Source: an archaeon (lineage in GTDB: Archaea; Nanobdellota; Nanobdellia; Pacearchaeales; JAPDKA01). From it: DNA of 64,000 nt. This document shows positions 18,126 to 26,298 of this stretch, one piece after another; positions within the stretch are counted from its first letter, which is position 1; each line of letters opens with the position of its first letter. The DNA lies in NCBI GenBank assembly GCA_029258825.1, contig JAPDKA010000008.1, positions 39,548 through 103,547 of the forward strand, given 5' to 3'. The notes under the pieces were generated by a model, which was not told where the DNA came from, searched no databases, and saw only the letters and a program-made list of their open reading frames with translations. Position numbers and translations under genes: made by a program.

Positions 18126-18422
18126 ATGGGCGGAACAGAATTAATTAAAAGAATGAGAGAAAATCAAGAAAATTTTGAAAAAAATCTTTTGACAGTAGTG
18201 CTTCACTTAGAAGGAGAGGAACGGAGGCTTCGGATGCCACATCCACCAAGAAAAGGGGATTATTTAATTTGGCAAGAAGAAAAAGATGAAAAACTTTCTG
18301 GAAAGTATGTTGTTGATAGAGTCGAATACAAGACCTTTCCATTTGATACTACTACAACTAACGGGTTTGAGGTGCGTGATGTAGCAAGTATTGATGTATA
18401 TTTAAAAAAGATAGCTGAGTAG
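18126..18422 (+). CDS. small hypothetical protein (98 aa, E/K/R-rich)
   Basis: ORF with its own consensus TATA box. No recognisable motif. Confidence 0.5.
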   Translation: MGGTELIKRMRENQENFEKNLLTVVLHLEGEERRLRMPHPPRKGDYLIWQEEKDEKLSGKYVVDRVEYKTFPFDTTTTNGFEVRDVASIDVYLKKIAE

Positions 18423-18558
18423 GTAGCTGCAATTTCGAACTCTCTTGGCTTCGAACCTTTTTGAGCGATTATGTTAAGATCATAGGAAGCTTAACAAAAG
18501 AAAGACCTTTAAATCTCGTCGGAATTAAAGTTGTAAACCTCTTAAGCTTACAGTAATA

Positions 18559-18568
18559 TTTAAAAATA
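18559..18568 (+). promoter_or_regulatory. TATA box (TTTAAAAATA) for PCNA
   Basis: Ends 20 nt upstream of the ATG at 18589. Confidence 0.5.
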
Positions 18569-18588
18569 CAACCTACTTGCTATTTAGT

Positions 18589-19317
18589 ATGAGGCTCAAA
18601 CTAGAAACACCAAAATTATTTGCAGACGCCATAGCAATCATTAACGAGCTTGTTACCGAAGTGAAAATAAAAATTAATAAGGACGGACTAAGCATTACTG
18701 CGCTAGATCCGGCAAGTGTTGCTTTAGTTGATTTACATATTCCTGCTAAGTTCTTTTCAGAATTTGACATTAATGGAGAAGAAATTATAGGTGTTAATCT
18801 TGATGATTTAAAACAAGTGCTAAAACGTTTAAGCAAATCTAGCAGTTTGGTTATAGAAAAAACAGACAACTTATTGCATTTAAAAGCAAGCGATACTGGC
18901 AAGAGGTCATTCGCTTTAGCTTTAATCAATGTCGAGGCAGAAGAAAAGAAATTGCCAGAATTCGATTTTACTTCTGTAATTGAAATGAATGCAGACATGC
19001 TAAGCGAAGCTATAGATGATGCTGCCATTGTTGCTGATTCATGCAGTTTTGAAACAAGCGATACAGCTTTTATTATTGAGGCAAGAGGCAGCTTAAACAA
19101 GATGCGTGCAGAGTTTAGCGATGAAGTTAGCTTGTTAAAAGCTGGAAACGATAAAGCAAAATACAGCATAGAATATTTACAGAAATTCATGAAAGCAACA
19201 AAGATTGCAGATAAAGTACGAATAAGCTTTAAAACAGACCATCCTTTAAGCCTTAAGTTTGAGCAAGACGGCTTTGCTCTTGTGTTTGTTCTAGCTCCAA
19301 GGATGGAAGAAGAATAA
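18589..19317 (+). CDS. pcn: DNA polymerase sliding clamp PCNA
   Basis: MRLKLETPKLFADAIAIINELVTEV...GLSITALDPASVALVDL is a typical archaeal PCNA, about 242 aa. I prefer the ATG at 18589 over the TTG at 18577 given in the track. Confidence 0.9.
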   Translation: MRLKLETPKLFADAIAIINELVTEVKIKINKDGLSITALDPASVALVDLHIPAKFFSEFDINGEEIIGVNLDDLKQVLKRLSKSSSLVIEKTDNLLHLKASDTGKRSFALALINVEAEEKKLPEFDFTSVIEMNADMLSEAIDDAAIVADSCSFETSDTAFIIEARGSLNKMRAEFSDEVSLLKAGNDKAKYSIEYLQKFMKATKIADKVRISFKTDHPLSLKFEQDGFALVFVLAPRMEEE

Positions 19318-19332
19318 ACAAAAACATTTTAA

Positions 19333-20367
19333 ATGAGAGCCAGCGCGCATTCCAACGTAAATTTTAACGATGTTATAAAAAAGCAAAAATCTTTTGTGCT
19401 GAAAAAAACAAAGGCTAAGGTAAAAGCGAAGGCTGTTAAAGGCAATCCAGAGTTTGTTGTTAAAAATAAACAAATTGGTGAATTAACAAAACAACTCTAT
19501 ACAGTTGGTTTTACTGCAACTGATTTGGCTAAAGCATATAATGTTATAGCAGAAATGCGTAAAGCAAATGCTAGTATTTGGCTTGGCTTTTCTTCAAGCA
19601 TCGGCAGTAGTGGTTTGCGCGATTATATCACTTATCTTGTTAAGCATAAAAAAATCGATTGCATTATTACTACGGCAAGCTGCATAGAAGAAGACATAGC
19701 AAAGTGCTTGCATGATTTTTTTATTGCAGATTGGTTTATGGATGATGTAAAGCTAAGACAAAAAGCACTAAACAGAATTGGCAACATAATTGTTCCATCT
19801 ACTGCTTATGTAAAGCTTGAACGTTTTTTTGTTGGTTTTCTTGACAGCTTGATGAAGTCAAGCAATGTTTGGAGCGCATCAGAATTGATAAAACAGCTTG
19901 GCAAATTTATGTCTAAGCTAAAAAATCATGAGCAAAGTTTTGTTTACTGGGCATACAAAAATAATGTGCCAGTTTTTTGTCCAAGCTTGACTGACGGCAG
20001 TTTAGGCGATATGATTTATTTTTATAAAATGTCTAAGGCAGCAAGAAAAAAACTACACATAGACATAGCTAATGATATAGTAAAGCTTAATGAACTTGCT
20101 TTTGCAACAAAAAAACTTGGTGTGATTGCTATTGGTGGAGGCATTGCTAAACATCACTTGATTAATGCTGCGTTGTTTAGAGGTGGTGCAGATTATGCAG
20201 TTTACATCACTACTGGTAGTATGTTTGATGGTTCTGTGTCTGGAGCATTGCCTACTGAAGCTATATCTTGGGGTAAAATTAAGGCAAAAGCAAAACAAAG
20301 AACAGCTTTTGTTTGTGCTGATGCTACAATAGCATTACCTTTGCTCATGCCTGCTTTTTTTGAATAG
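19333..20367 (+). CDS. dys: deoxyhypusine synthase
   Basis: Motifs IDCIITTA, IGGGIAKHH and TEAISWGK (the last contains the catalytic Lys region). Confidence 0.9.
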   Translation: MRASAHSNVNFNDVIKKQKSFVLKKTKAKVKAKAVKGNPEFVVKNKQIGELTKQLYTVGFTATDLAKAYNVIAEMRKANASIWLGFSSSIGSSGLRDYITYLVKHKKIDCIITTASCIEEDIAKCLHDFFIADWFMDDVKLRQKALNRIGNIIVPSTAYVKLERFFVGFLDSLMKSSNVWSASELIKQLGKFMSKLKNHEQSFVYWAYKNNVPVFCPSLTDGSLGDMIYFYKMSKAARKKLHIDIANDIVKLNELAFATKKLGVIAIGGGIAKHHLINAALFRGGADYAVYITTGSMFDGSVSGALPTEAISWGKIKAKAKQRTAFVCADATIALPLLMPAFFE

Positions 20368-20427
20368 CTTTTTTTCACTTTCCGTGGTGAATATTCTTTT
20401 TTAAATTATGCTTTAACAAATTTTAAA

Positions 20428-20598
20428 ATGAAAAAAGCATTGTTGTTTTTCCCTTTGCTTTGGGCTTTCACTCCTTTTGTTGATGCAAAAGCAGCCACGC
20501 TAAAACTTAGGCTGGAAGATAAGTCAATTACAGTAACTTATGAAACTGATGCAGGTGAAATAATAAACATCAGTGTAACTGACCAGAACGTTGATTAA
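20428..20598 (+). CDS. possible small secreted peptide (56 aa)
   Basis: Not in the track. My translation is MKKALLFFPLLWAFTPFVDAKAATLKLRLEDKSITVTYETDAGEIINISVTDQNVD, which has a Sec-type signal with an AxA-like site. Confidence 0.3.
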   Translation: MKKALLFFPLLWAFTPFVDAKAATLKLRLEDKSITVTYETDAGEIINISVTDQNVD

Positions 20599-20607
20599 CG
20601 CTTGATT

Positions 20608-21480
20608 ATGTTTGGTGTGGCTTTTGACGATTTTATAAAAACTGAGTATGGCTCATACAGTAGTGCAAAGTCTACGCTTGAGGACATGATAAGCTATTTT
20701 GATGATAAAGCAGAAGAGCTTATTGTTAAAGCCAATCTTGCAGACGCTTTGCTTGAAGCCGGAGCAGCAATTGCTTATGACATTTACAGCGGCGGTTTGC
20801 CAAGCGATATAAGATGGAAAATTGCTAAGAGCATAGGCATGGATTTTTTCTTAAGTACAGTGCGTGATATAATAACATATCATGGTATTTCGTCTGGCAC
20901 TTTAGAAGGTAAAATTGTTGCAGAGCTTGTTCAAGTTGCAGCGTCGCATTATTTGGCAAGATATAGCATACCTGACAAGAAAGCAGCGCTTGTTGAGGAT
21001 ACAAGGCTTGGTTTTTATGCGCAGCTAGCACTTGCAAAAAGACTTGCAATGCAGGCAATAAACAATCTAGAGCGACTTAGCAATGGAGAAGTGCTTGATG
21101 TTGGTGAAATGCAAGAAACATTTTATGCTATGTCCGAGGCAATGGCGCGTGGTTATGGTGCAATAGCAGGTTGGGCATATTTGGAAGATGAAAATTTCTC
21201 AGACAAAGTAAGCCAGGCGATCGGAACAATTGTTGGCAGCTACATAATGAAAGAGGTAGAAAAATCGAGTGGTGGCAATGACATTTTTAGCGTTTTGAAA
21301 ACAATCGCAGAAGTATCAGATTTTGTTGATAAAGTTACAGACAGTCCTGATAGGCGTATAAAAGAAATAAAAAGACTGTTTGAAGAAAGCTACATCGGAG
21401 AAGCGCTCAAAAAAATGCAGAGAGAAGCATCAAGACAATATGGAAAGTTTGGTTCAGTACTGAGATATGTTGGCTACTAG
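20608..21480 (+). CDS. hypothetical protein (about 290 aa, helical, A-rich)
   Basis: Long ORF; I prefer the ATG at 20608 over the TTG at 20602. No motif recognised. Confidence 0.5.
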   Translation: MFGVAFDDFIKTEYGSYSSAKSTLEDMISYFDDKAEELIVKANLADALLEAGAAIAYDIYSGGLPSDIRWKIAKSIGMDFFLSTVRDIITYHGISSGTLEGKIVAELVQVAASHYLARYSIPDKKAALVEDTRLGFYAQLALAKRLAMQAINNLERLSNGEVLDVGEMQETFYAMSEAMARGYGAIAGWAYLEDENFSDKVSQAIGTIVGSYIMKEVEKSSGGNDIFSVLKTIAEVSDFVDKVTDSPDRRIKEIKRLFEESYIGEALKKMQREASRQYGKFGSVLRYVGY

Positions 21481-22212
21481 TTCTGGTAACGATTTTTCTA
21501 TTTTATTTTTTAATTTTTCATAAAGCTGATATGCCTCTGGATAATCTTGCTTTAATGTGTCCAGCACGTCATCATAAAAACTTCCGCTGATTAAATGTGG
21601 AAAAAACTCTTCCCAATTTATCCAAACTGCAAATTTAGCAAATGGTCTGTATTCTGGTTTATCTTCAAGTAAGTCAGTACCGTCTTTCTTTTTTCTGTCT
21701 TTTAAACCCATCCAAGCTTTGATTATTTTTTGTTTATCTTTTTGGCTTAGTCTGTCTACTTCTCTATGCATTCTCTCATGTTTAATTATTTTTTCAAAAT
21801 CTTGCCGTTTGAGCAGGCTTTTCTTGTATATTATTAATCCCTTTGTGCTAAACAACTTAATGTAATGCTCAATTTCTTCATCAGTGCAAAATTGTTCTAG
21901 TTTTTTTCTAAACTTTTTTTCTTTTCCTTTCAAGAAGTTTTCATTTATGTATGTAGCTAAAGGTACTGCTGCAGAAGAATCAACACAATGTTGATAACAT
22001 TCCATCACTATGCTTGGAACCACAAATTCGTATCCAGCAAGTTTCTCATAATTGATTAATTCTTGTTCTGTTAAGCATATCGGTGCTTCAATAGCATATC
22101 CTCTTAATGATGCATATACTTTATTCTGCAATCCATTTTGCATGTTTGGCGTTGAAAGTGCAAGCAATATTGATATGAGACCTGCTATCATAAATAAATA
22201 TAAGGCGTTCAA
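21454..22212 (-). CDS. membrane-anchored hypothetical protein with an HExxH motif
   Basis: N-terminal TM (LYLFMIAGLISILLAL). A single HERMH motif (KHERMHREV) could be a zinc-peptidase site, but this is weak. Confidence 0.45.
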   Translation of the reverse strand: MNALYLFMIAGLISILLALSTPNMQNGLQNKVYASLRGYAIEAPICLTEQELINYEKLAGYEFVVPSIVMECYQHCVDSSAAVPLATYINENFLKGKEKKFRKKLEQFCTDEEIEHYIKLFSTKGLIIYKKSLLKRQDFEKIIKHERMHREVDRLSQKDKQKIIKAWMGLKDRKKKDGTDLLEDKPEYRPFAKFAVWINWEEFFPHLISGSFYDDVLDTLKQDYPEAYQLYEKLKNKIEKSLPELVANISQY

Positions 22213-22318
22213 CTTTAAAAATCTTTTGGTTTGTAATTACTTTTTAGTAAATATAAGATAGAAAAAATTTAAATTATTAATCAAAAAAAGAAATCGATTT
22301 TTGAAGAGATGTTAAAAG

Positions 22319-22333
22319 CGAAAGATTTAAATA
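22319..22333 (+). promoter_or_regulatory. BRE+TATA promoter (CGAAAGATTTAAATA) of the DUF234-type ATPase 1
   Basis: The purine-rich BRE-like CGAAA abuts TTTAAATA. The TATA ends 25 nt before the ATG at 22359. Confidence 0.6.
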
Positions 22334-22358
22334 TTCTTAATTTTAGTATTATACTAAA

Positions 22359-23819
22359 ATGACGATTTTAAAATTCAAAGATAGGGAGCATGAACTTTCT
22401 ATCCTAAAGAAAGCTTTACCAGTTAAAAAAGACATAAAATATATTGTCATATTTGGAAGAAGAAGAATAGGAAAAACGAGACTGGTTCAAGAATTTGCAA
22501 AAATGATGAAAAATTATGAATTGATATATTTCTATGTAGACAAGAAATCTCTAGAATTGTTGCTAAGAGATTTTTCAGAGTATTTATGGAGTAAAGGGAT
22601 ATTGCCTGAAGGAGTAATAATTTCTAATTTAGAGGCTTTACTCGAATTTCTTGCAGATTATGCAAAAAAAAAGAAAGTGATTATAGTTTTCGATGAATTT
22701 CAAAATTTTAACTATGTTTACCCTGCAGCTTATTCTATATTTCAGAAATTTTACGATTATTTTCATTTGCACATAAATGGTAAAGAGTCTAATTTATTCA
22801 TCATTTTTCTAGGTTCTTATGTAGGTTTAATGAAAAGGTTATTTTATTATAAAGAACCTCTCTATGGAAGGGTTCATCAATACATTTATTTGAGACCATT
22901 AAGTTTCAAATATGTATCTTCTATTTTAGACGATTTAGGAATTAAAGATATAGAAAAACAACTGGAATTTTATTTTGTATTAGGAGGAATACCAAAGTAT
23001 TATGAAATTGTGCATTTTTACAATATAAAAAGTATAAGAGAATTTATAAAATTGGCATTTGTTTCAAGAGAGGCAATTTTAAAAGACGAGATCAAAAATA
23101 CTTTGCTAGAGGAATTTGGAAGGGATTATAAGACATATTTTTCTATACTTGAAGCTATTAGTGTAGGCAATTCAAAACTTACAGAAATCTCAAATTATTC
23201 TGGGATTGAGATTAAAAATATGCATCGTTTTCTTTATGAACTTATCGAAATTTTTGATCTTGTAAAGAGAGAAAGCTATTCTTTAAAAGATAGAAAAACG
23301 AAAAAAACAGTCTACTCTATTGTAGACCCTATTACTTCATTTTGGTTTAGGTATATCTATAAAAATGCTTCTTTGCTAGAATCTGGTAACTATGATTTAT
23401 TGCTTAAGAAAATAATGGATAACATAAATTCTTTTTTTGGAGTACAATTTGAAGAATTATGTAGAAAAAATGTTCACTTATTTTTTGATAATTTCTTTAT
23501 AGCGAGAAGATGGTTTGGAAGTATTAAAGATGAATATGGAATAAGGAAGGAAGCAGAGATAGACATTGTTGCAATTAATGAGCAAACAAAAGAAATATTA
23601 TTTGCTGAATGCAAATGGCAAAACAAGGTGAATGCAGAAAAAATTGTTAAGAAACTCAGCGAAAAGAGCAAATTTGTTAAATGGCATAATGAAAAGCGTA
23701 AGGAAAGTTTTGCAATTTTTGCAAAAAGCTTTAGTAAACGCATTAAGGAGTGGCAAGGCAAGCCTGTTTATTGCTTTGATTTGAAATATTTGGAAAAGGT
23801 TTTGAAGAAGAAGCGTTAG
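22359..23819 (+). CDS. archaeal ATPase (Arch_ATPase/AAA + DUF234-type C-terminal domain), paralog 1
   Basis: Starts FKDREHEL...FGRRRIGKT (Walker A), with Walker B IIVFDEFQ. The C-terminal EIDIVAIN...ECKW block is typical of the DUF234 nuclease-like tail. Confidence 0.85.
   Translation: MTILKFKDREHELSILKKALPVKKDIKYIVIFGRRRIGKTRLVQEFAKMMKNYELIYFYVDKKSLELLLRDFSEYLWSKGILPEGVIISNLEALLEFLADYAKKKKVIIVFDEFQNFNYVYPAAYSIFQKFYDYFHLHINGKESNLFIIFLGSYVGLMKRLFYYKEPLYGRVHQYIYLRPLSFKYVSSILDDLGIKDIEKQLEFYFVLGGIPKYYEIVHFYNIKSIREFIKLAFVSREAILKDEIKNTLLEEFGRDYKTYFSILEAISVGNSKLTEISNYSGIEIKNMHRFLYELIEIFDLVKRESYSLKDRKTKKTVYSIVDPITSFWFRYIYKNASLLESGNYDLLLKKIMDNINSFFGVQFEELCRKNVHLFFDNFFIARRWFGSIKDEYGIRKEAEIDIVAINEQTKEILFAECKWQNKVNAEKIVKKLSEKSKFVKWHNEKRKESFAIFAKSFSKRIKEWQGKPVYCFDLKYLEKVLKKKR
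23568..23785 (+). repeat. 218-nt near-identical direct repeat, copy 1 (3' end of ATPase paralog 1)
   Basis: Matches 39914-40131 at an offset of 16346 nt. The core 23601-23726 is a perfect 126-nt match, and the flanks have about 8 mismatches by eye. Confidence 0.9.
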
Positions 23820-23844
23820 ATTGGTATTTGTGAAAGATGAAAAA

Positions 23845-23859
23845 CGAAAAATTTAAATA
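23845..23859 (+). promoter_or_regulatory. BRE+TATA promoter (CGAAAAATTTAAATA) of the DUF234-type ATPase 2
   Basis: Same 15-mer family as at 22319 and 38748. The TATA ends 32 nt before the ATG at 23892. Confidence 0.6.
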
Positions 23860-23891
23860 CTTTTCAGGTATTATACCTAATAGGTATTAAA

Positions 23892-25289
23892 ATGAGATTT
23901 TACAATAGAGAGAAAGAAATTGAAATTTTGAAAAAACTCTCCGGAAACTTTAGGATAGCAATAATTGGAAGGAGAAGAATAGGAAAAACAAGATTGGTTG
24001 AGGAAACCTACAAAAATTGCTTAACCTTTTTTGTTCCTGCAGAAAAAACAGAGAAAGAGATTATAACAAGTTGGAATGAAGAATATCCGGAGCTTAACTT
24101 ACCAAAAGTTGACACTTTCAAAGAATTTTTTACTTTTATATTTACCTATCTAAAAGATAGGATAATATTCATAGATGAAATTCAAAATTTTTTGAAGGTT
24201 AATAAGTCATTCCTTTATGACTTACAAAGGTTGATAGACAAGCACAAACCAAAACTTGTGGTGACAGGATCATTGATAAGTATTATGAAAAAAATAATTC
24301 AAGATGAAAAGCAACCGCTTTATGGAAGATTTGATTATATAATAAAGCTTAAGGAATTGGATTTTAAAACAATTTTTCATATATGTAAAGATTTTGGTAT
24401 AAACTTTGAAGATACCATAAGACTCTGGACAATTTTTGGAGGCATACCTAAATATTATGAAACCATTGAAAAAATAAAGCAATTTGAATTTAGAAATTTT
24501 GTTAAACAAATGTTTGTTATATATCCTAGACCTCTTTATGAGGATGTTAGGATTATTTTGAAAGAGGAATTCGGAAAAGAATACAAAACATTCTTTTCTA
24601 TTCTTTCTGCTATTGCTAGAGGAAAGAATAAGCAAAGCGAGATAGCAAACTTTCTTGGAAAAAAAGAAACCCAAATTACTAAGTACATAAATACATTGAA
24701 AGAGGAATTTGAAGTTATTAGGAGAATTACTCCAATACTCAAAGGGAAAAAAGGTATCTACAAGATATCTTCAAACATATTTGAATTTTGGTTTGACCTT
24801 ATCTGGAGATATAACTATTTTCTAGAATCAGAAGAGGAAGATAAACTTTGCAAGCTGATTGATAAAAGAATAGAAAGCTATGTTGGAAGAAAATTTGAAG
24901 ATCTTATTTTACATCTCATAAGAAAAGGATTTTTTAATTTCAACTTTACAAAAATCGGCAAGCAGTGGGGTAAAATAAAGGGAAAGCCGAAAGGCCAAAA
25001 TACTTATGAAATCGACATCCTCGCTATCAACGAAAAAACCAAACAACTTCTTGCTTGTGAATGCAAATGGCAAAGGGTTAATGCTGAAAAGATAGCTAAA
25101 GAGTTAAATGAAAACTTAAGCTATGTGGAGTGGCACAAGAATAAAAGAAAAGAAAGTCTTGCAATTTTTGCAAAATCTTTTAGCAAGAAAATTAAAAGTT
25201 ATGAAGGCAAAAAAGTTTATTGCTTTGATTTGAGGGATATTGAAAAAGCAATAAAATTGACAAAGATTAAATTAAAAACTACAAATTAA
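23892..25289 (+). CDS. archaeal ATPase (Arch_ATPase + DUF234-type), paralog 2
   Basis: FYNREKEI...IGRRRIGKT, IIFIDEIQ and C-terminal EIDILAIN...CECKW. Confidence 0.85.
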   Translation: MRFYNREKEIEILKKLSGNFRIAIIGRRRIGKTRLVEETYKNCLTFFVPAEKTEKEIITSWNEEYPELNLPKVDTFKEFFTFIFTYLKDRIIFIDEIQNFLKVNKSFLYDLQRLIDKHKPKLVVTGSLISIMKKIIQDEKQPLYGRFDYIIKLKELDFKTIFHICKDFGINFEDTIRLWTIFGGIPKYYETIEKIKQFEFRNFVKQMFVIYPRPLYEDVRIILKEEFGKEYKTFFSILSAIARGKNKQSEIANFLGKKETQITKYINTLKEEFEVIRRITPILKGKKGIYKISSNIFEFWFDLIWRYNYFLESEEEDKLCKLIDKRIESYVGRKFEDLILHLIRKGFFNFNFTKIGKQWGKIKGKPKGQNTYEIDILAINEKTKQLLACECKWQRVNAEKIAKELNENLSYVEWHKNKRKESLAIFAKSFSKKIKSYEGKKVYCFDLRDIEKAIKLTKIKLKTTN

Positions 25290-25314
25290 AATACTTGTTG
25301 TATTTTTAATTAAA

Positions 25315-25329
25315 CGAAATCTTTAAAAC
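25315..25329 (+). promoter_or_regulatory. BRE+TATA-like promoter (CGAAATCTTTAAAAC) at the head of the surface-protein supercluster
   Basis: Ends 19 nt before the ATG at 25349. Confidence 0.45.
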
Positions 25330-25348
25330 CTTTACACTGTTTATTTTT

Positions 25349-26245
25349 ATGCCAAAATACAACCTAGATAAACTCGTTGATTATATCAAAGCATGCAAGC
25401 GTAAGGGTATTTCTGTTGAAACTGCAAAACAAGAACTGCTTAAAGCTGGTTGGCCTGTAAGCATTGTTAATGAAGCAATCTCACGCTATAATGCTGAAAT
25501 GCTAAAGCAAATTAAGATGCCCAAACTGCCGAAATCGAGCAGAACACTAAAAGCCATACAAGCAAAACCTGAGAGCTTTAAAGCGAGAGTGAAACTTTAT
25601 GTCGATACTTACTTTAAACCTATACAAACATTCAGCATGCAGAACAAAGCAGGAAATACGCGCGAGATTTTTATCAATATATGGCACAGTTATTGGCCAT
25701 TAGCAATTGTTATTTTCCTTTCATTCATTTTTCTTAATGCTCTAATCAACTCAATGGAAGCAATGTTCAAACAAAATATTCCAATAGCCTTACCCAATTG
25801 GCTAATATCTGTTGTTATGTTTTCAAGCGTCATCGGTCTTTTTGTAGCTACTGTTGTTAGTTTTTTCTTTTTTCAAGCATTGCTTTTTGGTGCAGCAAAA
25901 ATGCTGAAAGGAAAATCAAGTTTTGTTAATCAATGCTATCTTGCAAGCTTAACCATGCCTTTCTCATCTTTTGTTGAAGCTGCAACAATGTTTGTAACAT
26001 TATTGATAGCTTTACTGCCGTTCGGTGCCTTTTTTGCTTTGTTCTTTTTTGAAATAGTTGGCGGTATTATTTTTAATGCACTTTATCTTTACTTGATTGT
26101 TCTTAATGTGATGTACATCAAGGAAGCGCATGAATTTAGCTGGGGTAAAGCAATAGGCACATTCCTTATATTGCTAGGCTTTGTCGCATTGATTGTTATT
26201 TTGGTCGTTGCAATCTTTCTTGGGATAGCAATTAAGACAGCTTAA
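25349..26245 (+). CDS. multi-pass membrane protein with a soluble helical N-domain (Yip1-like topology is a guess)
   Basis: About 110 aa soluble N-terminus, then about 5 hydrophobic helices. No enzymatic motif. Confidence 0.55.
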   Translation: MPKYNLDKLVDYIKACKRKGISVETAKQELLKAGWPVSIVNEAISRYNAEMLKQIKMPKLPKSSRTLKAIQAKPESFKARVKLYVDTYFKPIQTFSMQNKAGNTREIFINIWHSYWPLAIVIFLSFIFLNALINSMEAMFKQNIPIALPNWLISVVMFSSVIGLFVATVVSFFFFQALLFGAAKMLKGKSSFVNQCYLASLTMPFSSFVEAATMFVTLLIALLPFGAFFALFFFEIVGGIIFNALYLYLIVLNVMYIKEAHEFSWGKAIGTFLILLGFVALIVILVVAIFLGIAIKTA

Positions 26246-26298
26246 TTTATCTTTAAATTGACAAAAAACTTATATAGCTAGTGTGAAGTAAAAATAAC

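Noticed and set aside
18573-19190. 205-aa minus-strand ORF opposite PCNA. Similar long antisense ORFs in the track include 1157-1447, 2366-2734, 6523-6879, 17480-17884, 24270-24674, 27208-27537, 30754-31167, 34488-34895, 35235-35965, 58127-58515 and 63683-63997.
   Set aside because: Each lies entirely antisense to, or out of frame with, a gene that has strong motif support. Their translations are low-complexity S/L/F/C-rich strings typical of shadow ORFs in AT-rich DNA.
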